A stretch of DNA of 43,018 bases from an uncultured Lentisphaerales bacterium (GTDB lineage: Bacteria; Verrucomicrobiota; Lentisphaeria; JABSQK01; UBA12247). A program made the position numbers and the translations under genes. Position 1 is the first letter of the stretch. The number at the start of each line of letters is the position of its first letter. A model generated the notes under the pieces. It saw only the letters and a program-made list of their open reading frames with translations. It did not search any database and was not told the DNA's origin. Positions 9,791 through 18,243 of the stretch are shown here, one piece after another. The DNA lies in contig CALSSJ010000024.1 of the NCBI GenBank assembly GCA_943788985.1, forward strand, positions 1-43,018, read 5' to 3'.

Positions 9791-10483
9791 ATGCCAATGG
9801 CTGACAATGCCACAATCATAACTGGCTTTGTGGCACGTATCACAAGACTGCTGGCGACAGGCCAGGATTTTGAGACGGTCGCGAACGTATTGCGGGGTGA
9901 GGGCTTGTCTCCACGCCAAGCCCAGTTTCTAATCTCCGTCGCGCACACCGCAGCCAATGTGACCTTGGATGGAGAAGACGGCATCAACCAGCCAGAAGCC
10001 TTGGCGGAATTCAAGAAGCTTGGCCTCCAAGACGGGGCCATCGACCACATCCTGGTTGCGGCGAGAACGGCGATCGAAGATCTGGAAACGACCGCCGATA
10101 CGCCCGAGAGCAACTACACCTACTGGCGAGAGAGCTACCGGTCGCTGCTGTCCCGCACCAGCATCACAGACGACGCGATCCTAAGCCCGTACTTCATTCT
10201 CTTCCGAGGCGTCATGGCGATGCGCGGAAAAGGCATGAGCGACAAGGACATGGTCGAGAAGATGGCCGCGCACGTCCCCATGAATGAGCAAGAGCGCTTA
10301 GGATTCGTGGAAAACTGCACAGTGATCGAGGAGGCCCTTGCGTTAATCCGCAAAGGCCAAGCCACGTCAGTCATCAACTCCATCGCCACACGCCGCTTCA
10401 GCCCGGCGATCTCGATCATGATCTGCGGACTCGCTAAGGACCACTTTGGCGAACTGACAGGCAATCGCCCCGTTCTGGCCTGA
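9791..10483 (+). CDS. Hypothetical all-helical protein
   Basis: Protein-like composition from ATG 9791/9797 (MADNATIITGFVARITRLL...). The upstream part of ORF 9530 is the antisense of the permease pseudogene. Confidence 0.65.
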   Translation: MPMADNATIITGFVARITRLLATGQDFETVANVLRGEGLSPRQAQFLISVAHTAANVTLDGEDGINQPEALAEFKKLGLQDGAIDHILVAARTAIEDLETTADTPESNYTYWRESYRSLLSRTSITDDAILSPYFILFRGVMAMRGKGMSDKDMVEKMAAHVPMNEQERLGFVENCTVIEEALALIRKGQATSVINSIATRRFSPAISIMICGLAKDHFGELTGNRPVLA

Positions 10484-10549
10484 CCCATAATCTCGGCGAC
10501 CTCCGGCGAGGCTTACAGTCGAGTTCAATTACACCCCAGAGGATTCACA

Positions 10550-11377
10550 ATGAAGCGCGTACATGTGCCCGTAACCGATTCCATTGCCGTTGGCGATGGC
10601 GAGCCCCTGCTGATAGTGGCAGGACCATGTGTGATCGAAAGTAAGGAACTGTGCCGAACCATCGCCGCGCATGTTGCGGAAGTTTGCATGGAACTTGGCG
10701 TCAACTTCGTGTTCAAAGCATCGTTTGATAAGGCAAACCGGACCAGCCTGGACGCGTTCCGGGGCCCTGGCCTTGAAGCAGGACTCGAGATACTCCGTCA
10801 GGTTGGCGAAGAATTTGCAGTGCCGCTGACTAGCGACATACATGACGTTTCACAAGTGGAGCAGGCTGGCAAGGTGTTGGACATTTTACAAATTCCCGCG
10901 TTTCTCTGCCGCCAGACGGACCTACTCGTTGCCTCCGCAGAGACCGGCCGCGTCGTCAACATTAAGAAGGGCCAGTTCATGGCACCGGGCGGAATGGGCC
11001 CGGCTGTGGACAAAATCACAGAGTCCGGAAACTCGCGTGTTCTCCTGACCGAACGTGGCTCCTCCTTCGGCTATGGGAACTTAGTCGTGGACATGCGCGC
11101 CTTCGTGCAGATGCGGGCTCTCGGCGTGCCGGTCGTGTTCGACGCGACGCACTCAGTCCAGCAGCCTGGCGGCCTGGGACATGCCACCGGCGGAGATCGC
11201 CGCTTTGCTCCCGTCCTCGCGCGGGCGGCGTGCGCAGCAGGCATTGATGCCCTTTTTGTCGAAGTGCACCCAGATCCAGATAACGCCAAGTCCGACGGCC
11301 CGAACTGCCTGCCGTTGTCTGAGATTCGCGACGTGCTGAAGACCGCCCGAGACCTGCATGCACTGTGCCGCCCGTGA
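10550..11377 (+). CDS. kdsA: 3-deoxy-8-phosphooctulonate (KDO8P) synthase
   Basis: AGPCVIE, FKASFDKANRTS, QIPAFLCRQTDL, NIKKGQF, DATHSVQ and SDGPN. Confidence 0.97.
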   Translation: MKRVHVPVTDSIAVGDGEPLLIVAGPCVIESKELCRTIAAHVAEVCMELGVNFVFKASFDKANRTSLDAFRGPGLEAGLEILRQVGEEFAVPLTSDIHDVSQVEQAGKVLDILQIPAFLCRQTDLLVASAETGRVVNIKKGQFMAPGGMGPAVDKITESGNSRVLLTERGSSFGYGNLVVDMRAFVQMRALGVPVVFDATHSVQQPGGLGHATGGDRRFAPVLARAACAAGIDALFVEVHPDPDNAKSDGPNCLPLSEIRDVLKTARDLHALCRP

Positions 11378-11790
11378 GGTTCAAGCTCGTCGTCCTGTTC
11401 TGTGGCGCCATCGCCATGGCAAATGGCTTCGCCCCAGGCAGCCAGATCTCCATGAAAGACTTTAAGCTGAGCGGCGAGCAATATTCCATCACCGGCGAGC
11501 AGGCCACTTTCATGGCTGAGACGGTCCGCCTTACCCAGATGACTGCGTGGTTGAAACAAAGCGATAATAACATCAAGCTATCCGCACCGCGCTGCAGCCT
11601 AGACCGGATCAATCGCCGGGCGGCAAGCCGCACAGCCGTCCGGATTGAGGGCAAGAACATTATCATGACCGGGCGCGGATTCGACGTCGACTTCGAAGCG
11701 CAGCGCGTTCGCGTGCGCCGCGACGTTAAGGTCGTCATCTCCCACAACGGCGCGATCTCGAAACAGCTACTTGGCAAAGACCCGAAATGA
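11374..11790 (+). CDS. lptC: LptC-like LPS export protein
   Basis: GTG overlaps the kdsA stop. Hydrophobic N-terminus and a beta-jellyroll-like sequence (VRIEGKNIIMTGRGFDVD...VRVRRDVKV), located between kdsA and lptA. Confidence 0.65.
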   Translation: MRFKLVVLFCGAIAMANGFAPGSQISMKDFKLSGEQYSITGEQATFMAETVRLTQMTAWLKQSDNNIKLSAPRCSLDRINRRAASRTAVRIEGKNIIMTGRGFDVDFEAQRVRVRRDVKVVISHNGAISKQLLGKDPK

Positions 11791-11807
11791 GACTACGGTA
11801 AATTCTA

Positions 11808-12386
11808 ATGAAAACACAGCGCTGTTATTCCCTCGGTGGCCTTATTGCCGCCCTCCTGCTTTTCGCCGCAGCCGTACACGCACAGGGTGACGTGGTCGCC
11901 GCCGATGCCGTGGCAACTCGCAGTGCGGAGCCCGTAGCTCCGGCGCGCGGCAAGACCCTCCAGGACACTGAAGTCTCCTCAGACTCCATGGACTACGATA
12001 TCGAAAAGCGCATCGCCATGTTCTCCGGTAACGTGCGTATCGACGATGAACGTGTGCAATTGCGCGCCGATAAAATGAAAATCGAGTTTGCCATCAACGA
12101 CGACCTCAAGAGCATCGTGGCCGAAGGTAACGTCCAGATCAAGCAGGAAGACAATCTCGCCAAAGGCAAGCAGGCCGTCTACGACTATCAGAGCGGCATC
12201 ATCACCCTCTCCGGTGAGCCCGTCCTACTGCGCCCACAAAGCAAAATGTCGGGCGCGCACTACATCATCTATGACCGCGCCGAAAGTAAGTTCCGTGCGC
12301 AGGGCGGAAAACCAAAAATTGAATTCTCCGGCGCTGGAAAAGCGGCCGGTGGCGGACTTCTTCCGACACCAGAAGCCGGGAACTAA
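11808..12386 (+). CDS. lptA: LptA/OstA family LPS transport periplasmic protein
   Basis: Signal peptide, SSDSMDYD..FSGNV, LRADKM, IVAEGNV, AVYD and ITLSGEP. It lies upstream of lptB. Confidence 0.88.
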   Translation: MKTQRCYSLGGLIAALLLFAAAVHAQGDVVAADAVATRSAEPVAPARGKTLQDTEVSSDSMDYDIEKRIAMFSGNVRIDDERVQLRADKMKIEFAINDDLKSIVAEGNVQIKQEDNLAKGKQAVYDYQSGIITLSGEPVLLRPQSKMSGAHYIIYDRAESKFRAQGGKPKIEFSGAGKAAGGGLLPTPEAGN

Positions 12387-12405
12387 AAGGTCACCCAGAG
12401 ATCTA

Positions 12406-13131
12406 GTGGACGCACTTCTTCAAGCGAATGGCTTGTGTAAATCTTATCGTGGGCGCCCTGTCGTCCGCGATGTCAGCATTCGAGTAAATCCTGGCGAAGT
12501 CGTTGGCTTGCTCGGCTCGAACGGCGCTGGCAAGACCACCACCTTCTACGTGATCGTCGGGCTGGTTCGCGCTAACAAAGGCGAAATTCTCTTTCACGGC
12601 GTGGATATCACCAACATGCCGATGTATGAGCGTGCACGCCGCGGGCTGGGCTATCTCGCTCAAGAGCCCTCCATCTTTCGCAAGATGAGCGTGGAGGACA
12701 ACCTGCGGGCCGTCCTAGATACGCTCAAACTTCCCCGTGAGGAGAAAGAGCACCGCCTGCACCATCTGCTCGATGGCCTCGGCCTTACCCATTTAGCCAA
12801 ACAGAAGGCAGTGACCCTCAGCGGCGGCGAGCGTAGGCGCTTGGAAATCACCCGGGCCCTTGTCACCAATCCCAGCATACTGATGCTGGACGAGCCATTT
12901 GCCGGTGTCGATCCCATTGCTGTCGCTGACGTCCAGGCCGTGATTTCCCAACTGACGGACATGGGGCTGGGCATTCTGATTACCGACCACAGCGTGCGCG
13001 AGACCCTATCGATCGTCGACCGGGTCTACATAATGTCGGAGGGTCGTATCATTTTTGAAGGTGCCAGCGAAGATGCAATCAACGACGAGCGCACCAGGGC
13101 GCTCTATATAGGCCAAGAGTTTCAAATGTAA
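12406..13131 (+). CDS. lptB: LPS export ABC transporter ATP-binding protein
   Basis: GEVVGLLGSNGAGKTT, YLAQEPSIFR, LSGGERRRLEI, LDEPFAGVDP and ITDHSVRETL. Start is GTG 12406. Confidence 0.96.
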   Translation: MDALLQANGLCKSYRGRPVVRDVSIRVNPGEVVGLLGSNGAGKTTTFYVIVGLVRANKGEILFHGVDITNMPMYERARRGLGYLAQEPSIFRKMSVEDNLRAVLDTLKLPREEKEHRLHHLLDGLGLTHLAKQKAVTLSGGERRRLEITRALVTNPSILMLDEPFAGVDPIAVADVQAVISQLTDMGLGILITDHSVRETLSIVDRVYIMSEGRIIFEGASEDAINDERTRALYIGQEFQM

Positions 13132-13195
13132 CCCCTCGCATTCCGCGAGGATCAACGCAACCGCCGGATTCGCCGGCAGCAACAAGGAGTCCGTC

Positions 13196-13555
13196 ATGGA
13201 AAAGATAATCTCCGGACGCAGACGTGAACTCACAGACGCCATCAAGAGCCATGTGCTCAGCGGCTTGGACCGATTGGAGAGTGAATACGAAAAGCTCACC
13301 TCAGCAAGAGTTGTTGTCGACCGACAAAAACTCGAGCATCACGTCGAGGTGATCCTGCACGGAAGCCACATTGAGATCGAAGCCAACGGTCGCGATGAAA
13401 ATCTGTGGTGCGCCATCGATCAGGCCGTCGACCGTGCGGAGCGTCAGTTGCGGCGCGAACTCGACAAGCGCAACAACCACCACCACAAATCGCTGGCCGA
13501 GATCGACCTGGAGTTGGCGGCTCGCGATGAACTCGCCGAAGCGGTGAACGAATAA
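13196..13555 (+). CDS. hpf: Ribosome hibernation factor HPF/RaiA
   Basis: ISGR..ELTDAIK.H...L, AIDQAVDRAERQLRR and an AAGGAG RBS. Position after lptB is typical. Confidence 0.9.
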   Translation: MEKIISGRRRELTDAIKSHVLSGLDRLESEYEKLTSARVVVDRQKLEHHVEVILHGSHIEIEANGRDENLWCAIDQAVDRAERQLRRELDKRNNHHHKSLAEIDLELAARDELAEAVNE

Positions 13556-13561
13556 CCTGCG

Positions 13562-13593
13562 TCCGGCCAGTGCCCCCTTGGACGCTGGCCGGA
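13562..13593 (+). terminator. GC-rich hairpin after hpf, possible terminator
   Basis: TCCGGCCAG(13562-70) and CTGGCCGGA(13585-93) form a perfect inverted repeat. There is no clear U-tract. Confidence 0.4.
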
Positions 13594-13621
13594 TTCGGCG
13601 CGGCCCCTGCCGCCCCCACTT

Positions 13622-13978
13622 GTGGACGCTCCCCAATTCTCGCCCATCGCGATCATCGCCGTCCTCATAGCAGTGCTCGGCGTTCTTAGTCTGTTCAACG
13701 GCTTTGCGCTGATCGCTGGCGTCGCCTGTCTGACGCGCCCCGCTACCCGAATCGTCGGCATGCTCTCTCTTATCGCTGGCGTCGTCGGCTTTCTGATCGG
13801 AATCCCAATCACTTGGTACTTCCAGGCTGCCTACTGGCTCGATCCACCACTCGGCCCCATCGTTCCGACCCTGATGTTCTGCCTGATCTGCTCTCTGACA
13901 GCCATGCTTTTCATTCACGTAGCTTGTGCTTTCGTCGCCTGGAGGCGCAGACGCTTCGAACAAGAATTCGGGGAATAG
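13622..13978 (+). CDS. Small membrane protein (about 3 TM)
   Basis: Three hydrophobic segments and a C-terminal WRRRR. It fills the gap between hpf and nagA. Confidence 0.6.
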   Translation: MDAPQFSPIAIIAVLIAVLGVLSLFNGFALIAGVACLTRPATRIVGMLSLIAGVVGFLIGIPITWYFQAAYWLDPPLGPIVPTLMFCLICSLTAMLFIHVACAFVAWRRRRFEQEFGE

Positions 13979-14025
13979 CCTCTATCAGGCTTGCCGGGCA
14001 AACCTCCTCGGCGTATCGGTATGGC

Positions 14026-15201
14026 ATGAGCAAGGATTATCTCCTCCACGTTGACTACTGTCTAACACCACACACACGGATCAACCATGCCGCCATCGTG
14101 CTGCGCGGTCAACGGATCTTTGCTGTGGGTGGTTTCTCTGCGTTTCAGAACAAAGAGTCCTACGAAATCCTCAACCTGCCCGGCTGCTATGCCATTCCTG
14201 GCTTCGTGGACACCCACATCTACGGCGCAGCTGGCGCAGATTTAATGGACCTGAAGCAGGGCGACATCGATCGCATGTCGATGGCGCTTGCCCGCCACGG
14301 CGTGACCACGTTTCTGCCGACCACCCAGTCCGCGCCAGCCAACCGGCTAAAGAGCGTCGTCAAGCAGCTTGCCGAGATCTGCGCACAAGAGCTGCCTGGC
14401 GCCCAGGCAGCTGGAATTCACATCGACGGGCCATTTCTCAGCGACCGGCTGCCCGGAGCCCACAGCGAGTCATTTCTCCGTGGCATCGATCTCGAAGAAA
14501 CGAAGGAACTCCTGTTCGCCGCAGATGGCCACCTCAAGATTTTCTCGTTCGCCCCTGAGTTGGCGGGCTCCGATCGTCTGACCCGTTTGCTCGTATCGCG
14601 CGGCGTTGTTCCCTCTCTTGGCCATTCTCACGCCAGCAGAGAAAACATCATCAACGTCCTCGAGCAAGGAGCGCGTCGCTGCTCCCACGTGATGAACGCA
14701 ATGGCTCCGCTCTCCCAGCGCACCTCTGGTTTAGCAGCTGTGGCACTGACGGAACAGCGCATGTGGGTAGAGCTCATCGTCGATGGTGTCCATATCGCCC
14801 CTACCATGATTAAGCTTGCCTGCAAATGCATCGCCCCCGAGAAGCTGGTCTGCATTAGCAATGCCATGCAGGCCGCCGGTCTGGAACAAGACGGTACTTT
14901 CCAACTCGGCACTCGCACCGTCGCAGTAAAGGAGGGCTTCGCGACCATCGTCGGCAAAGGAAAGATTGCTGGCGCCACAAAGTTGCTGGATGAGAACTAT
15001 CGCAGGCTCAAGGAATACACTGGCCTGAGCCAGACCGCAGTCGCGGCCGCCTGCACGGAGAATCCTGCCAATAGCGTCTGCCTGAATGACCGCGGCCGTC
15101 TTCGCCCCGGCAAGCGAGCCGACATCGTCGTCTTTGACCGCAAGACCCACACTGTGCGCATGACCATTGCCGGTGGTAAAGTCGTCTATCGAAATGACTG
15201 A
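14026..15201 (+). CDS. nagA: N-acetylglucosamine-6-phosphate deacetylase-like amidohydrolase with a variant active site
   Basis: PGFVDTHIYG, HGVTTFLPT, GIHIDGPF, FAPE, GHS, HVMNAM, DGVH, NPA and GKRADIV. Start is ATG 14026. Confidence 0.85.
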   Translation: MSKDYLLHVDYCLTPHTRINHAAIVLRGQRIFAVGGFSAFQNKESYEILNLPGCYAIPGFVDTHIYGAAGADLMDLKQGDIDRMSMALARHGVTTFLPTTQSAPANRLKSVVKQLAEICAQELPGAQAAGIHIDGPFLSDRLPGAHSESFLRGIDLEETKELLFAADGHLKIFSFAPELAGSDRLTRLLVSRGVVPSLGHSHASRENIINVLEQGARRCSHVMNAMAPLSQRTSGLAAVALTEQRMWVELIVDGVHIAPTMIKLACKCIAPEKLVCISNAMQAAGLEQDGTFQLGTRTVAVKEGFATIVGKGKIAGATKLLDENYRRLKEYTGLSQTAVAAACTENPANSVCLNDRGRLRPGKRADIVVFDRKTHTVRMTIAGGKVVYRND

Positions 15202-15224
15202 CCTGATTCGAGAGCGGAGCACCA

Positions 15225-16391
15225 GTGGCTGACGACTTCTTTACGCGCCTCACCGATCGGCTCGACCGACTCGATCCGGCTGGCGTCCAGAACTACATCC
15301 TCAAGATTGCACGCGAAAAAGGCTTTCTGGATACCATCTTCGCCACAATCCGCGAAGGCGTGATCATCATCGATCACAAGCTCACCCTGCGTTTTGTAAA
15401 CGATGCCGCCATCGCCCTGCTAGGGATGCCAGGAGATCGCGCCTCTCGCGAAGGTCACACCATCGATCGCTACCTTCGCGGCCTTGAGTGGCAGAAACTC
15501 ATGGACCGACCGCCGGAGCAATGGGAATGGGCCGCTCGCCGCGAGCTACGCGTCACCTATCCCGTGGAGCGCTTTCTACAATTCCATCTCGTCCCGCTCG
15601 AAGCCGATAGCAACGGCGAAGCACTGGCGGCCATACTGCTCAGCGACATTACTGATCTGCACCACAGCAGCGACAGCCGGGTGGAAGCAGGCCGTGCCGA
15701 AGCCATTACGACCCTCGCCGCTGGTGTCGCGCACGAGATCGGTAACCCACTAAATGGTCTCACCATCCACCTCCAGTTGCTCCAGCGCAATCTCAGCCAT
15801 GATGCTCCAGACCTTGAGGAGGCCAAAAAGTCGGTCGAGATCGCCCAGGCCGAAGTCAAGCGGCTCGACGGTATCATCACCCAGTTTCTGCGCGCCCTGC
15901 GTCCTGCACAGCCTCAGCTTGAGCCAGTAAATCTCAAGGACCTGCTCAGCGAGACCATCAGCTTCCTCCGCCGCGAAATTGAGGACCGTGGCACGCTAGT
16001 AGAAATCAACTGGCCCACGCACGTCCCTACTATCGACGCTGACTCCGACCAACTCAAGCAGGCATTCTATAACATCATCAACAACGCCATCCAGGCCATG
16101 CCCGACGGCGGTCAGCTGACGCTGTCTTTGCAGCCCACCGACTATGACGTCACCATTCACTTCGCAGACACTGGCCGCGGCGTGAACCCGACCAAGCTGG
16201 ACCGCATTTTCCAGCCACAGTTCACCACGCGCGAGGACGGTAGCGGGCTGGGGCTCATGATTGTCGAACGCATCGTACGCGAGCATGGCGGAACCCTCGC
16301 GATCGAAAGCAGGCAAGCGGCTGGCACCGTCGTCTCACTCACCTTCCCGATCGACGGGGGCCGTGCACGACTCATGCCCGGGAGCGAGTGA
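15225..16391 (+). CDS. Cytoplasmic PAS-domain sensor histidine kinase (NtrB/AtoS-like)
   Basis: PAS (IREGVIIID...FVNDAA), H-box AHEIGNPL, N-box [14 protein letters not shown] and GSGLGL. Confidence 0.92.
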   Translation: MADDFFTRLTDRLDRLDPAGVQNYILKIAREKGFLDTIFATIREGVIIIDHKLTLRFVNDAAIALLGMPGDRASREGHTIDRYLRGLEWQKLMDRPPEQWEWAARRELRVTYPVERFLQFHLVPLEADSNGEALAAILLSDITDLHHSSDSRVEAGRAEAITTLAAGVAHEIGNPLNGLTIHLQLLQRNLSHDAPDLEEAKKSVEIAQAEVKRLDGIITQFLRALRPAQPQLEPVNLKDLLSETISFLRREIEDRGTLVEINWPTHVPTIDADSDQLKQAFYNIINNAIQAMPDGGQLTLSLQPTDYDVTIHFADTGRGVNPTKLDRIFQPQFTTREDGSGLGLMIVERIVREHGGTLAIESRQAAGTVVSLTFPIDGGRARLMPGSE

Positions 16392-17078
16392 AGGTCCACT
16401 GGCTTCAGCACGTCCCGCTCGAGAGCCTTGATGCCATCGCGCCCTGGTTGCGGAGTTCGCACTCTCACCTTCAGCTCAGCCGAATCCGGCTTTATCTGAA
16501 TAAGCAAGTCCCTGACGCCGGCACCCACTATCTGCTCATCATAGTGGCCGGCACCAGGCGTGTGCACGCATGATCACGCATCCCCTTGACTGGAGCGCGA
16601 GCTCGCCTAGATCCGAGCCACCTGCAAGACGCAAACCGCCATGTTCGGCAGCTGCCTCGGCGCGCAGCTGATCGCAAAGGCTCTTGGTGCCACCATCACC
16701 GCGAGTCCAGAGTCTGAGATCGGCTGGTTCCCAATTCAGCCTCCTGGCGCTCCCGAGTTCCCCGAGACAACCCGCGCCTTTAACTGGCACGGAGAGACGT
16801 TATCACTGCCGAGCGGTGCCACACTTCTTGCGAAATCCGCAGCCTGCACCAACCAGGCCTCCCGCTATGGCGAGCGCGTCATCGGCCTGCAGTCCCATCT
16901 CGAGACCACACTCGATTCGGCGGATCGCCTACTCCAGCACTGCCCCGAAGACCTGCACCGAGCGGGCGCTTTTATACAGTCTAAGGCCACAATCTCCGCC
17001 GAACCTAAGGCGGCCTATTCACACCTGCACGAAAAATTGGCTGCAATCCTACGGATCCAGACAATGACGCAAGCCTAA
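16388..17078 (+). pseudogene. Class I glutamine amidotransferase (GMP synthase-like), disrupted
   Basis: [11 protein letters not shown], then a +1 frameshift near 16568 and in-frame stops TGA 16587 and TAG 16608, then GSCLGAQL, EIGW, WHGE and GLQSHLE. Confidence 0.85.
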
Positions 17079-17133
17079 ACTCCGCTATAGTACGGTCACA
17101 TTGTCCGCGAATTACGAATGACAGGAAGCAGCA

Positions 17134-18231
17134 ATGGGTAGATCCACCTTTGGCCCAATTCTCGAGACCGGCATAGAAGCCGGTGCATCTGATTGGCATA
17201 TCCGCGAAAACAGCACCGTCATTCTACGCGTAGATGCACAGCTTGTGGAAATCTCCGACTTTACAGTCACGCCCCAGTTCCTTGACCAGGCGCTCAGCGA
17301 GGTCGTCACTGAACGAGACATGAACAAATACATCGAGACTGGCGACGCCGACTTCGCCTGGTCCGAGGACGATGTCGGTCGTTTTCGGGTAAACTTTCAT
17401 CGCCAGCGCGGCCTGCGTTCGCTGACCTTTCGTCACGTCAAGGACAAGGTCCCCAATCTCGGTGCACTCGGACTCCCGCCAGTCTTGCTTGACTTGGCAG
17501 AATCTGAGCGAGGAATCATCCTCGTCACCGGTACCACCGGCTCTGGCAAGTCCACCTCGATGGCCTGCATGCTCCAGCATATGAATGCGAAGTTCGCCAG
17601 GCACATCATTACCATTGAAGACCCGATCGAGTACATCTTCGAAGATAGTCGCTCCGTCTTCGAGCAGCGCGAAGTCGGCCTAGACTGCATCACCTTCGAT
17701 TCTGCGCTGGTGGCGGCTCTACGCCAGGACCCAGACGTGATCGTGGTCGGTGAGATGCGTCGCCGCGAGAGTTTCGATGCCGCGCTCACCGCCGCGGACA
17801 CCGGCCATATGGTGATGTCAACCCTTCATACCTCCAACGCTGCCCAGTCCATCCAGCGTATTCTCGACTTCTATCCCAACGAGGAGCGACGTGAGATTCT
17901 CATGGCCCTGGCGAACAATCTGCGAGCCATCGTCTGCCAGCGCCTAATGCCACGCGCCATCGGCAAAGGCGTCGTCCCAGCCCTCGAGGTGATGATCAAT
18001 ACAGGACTGATTAAAAAGCTCCTGGAAGAAGACCGCGTCAATACCTTGATGCAGGCCATCGAGGCATCCGCAGGCGACGGCATGATGTCCTTCAACCAGT
18101 GCCTCATGGGCCTGGTGGATGAGGGTAAGATTACGGAGGAGGTGGCGCTGTCAGCCGCAACCAACCCGGAAGCTCTCAAGATGAACCTACGCGGCATCTT
18201 CCTCGGCAACGACAGCGTGATCATTGGCTAA
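17134..18231 (+). CDS. PilT/PilU family type IV pilus retraction ATPase
   Basis: GASDWH, GRFRVN, GTTGSGKST, ITIEDPIE, LRQDPDVIVVGEMR and TGH...STLH. The AIRNLIRE motif of canonical PilT is replaced by LIKKLLEE, which is more PilU-like. Confidence 0.93.
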   Translation: MGRSTFGPILETGIEAGASDWHIRENSTVILRVDAQLVEISDFTVTPQFLDQALSEVVTERDMNKYIETGDADFAWSEDDVGRFRVNFHRQRGLRSLTFRHVKDKVPNLGALGLPPVLLDLAESERGIILVTGTTGSGKSTSMACMLQHMNAKFARHIITIEDPIEYIFEDSRSVFEQREVGLDCITFDSALVAALRQDPDVIVVGEMRRRESFDAALTAADTGHMVMSTLHTSNAAQSIQRILDFYPNEERREILMALANNLRAIVCQRLMPRAIGKGVVPALEVMINTGLIKKLLEEDRVNTLMQAIEASAGDGMMSFNQCLMGLVDEGKITEEVALSAATNPEALKMNLRGIFLGNDSVIIG

Positions 18232-18243
18232 CCCGGCCTTGTT

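Noticed and set aside
9421..10113. 230-aa - strand ORF as a single gene
   Set aside because: It is a chimera of the antisense of the hypothetical gene and the true 5' end of the permease pseudogene.
16587..16610. Stop-codon recoding (TGA/TAG read-through) to explain the in-frame stops
   Set aside because: TGA and TAG end intact genes normally here (kdsA, rny), and the interrupted genes also carry frameshifts or truncations.
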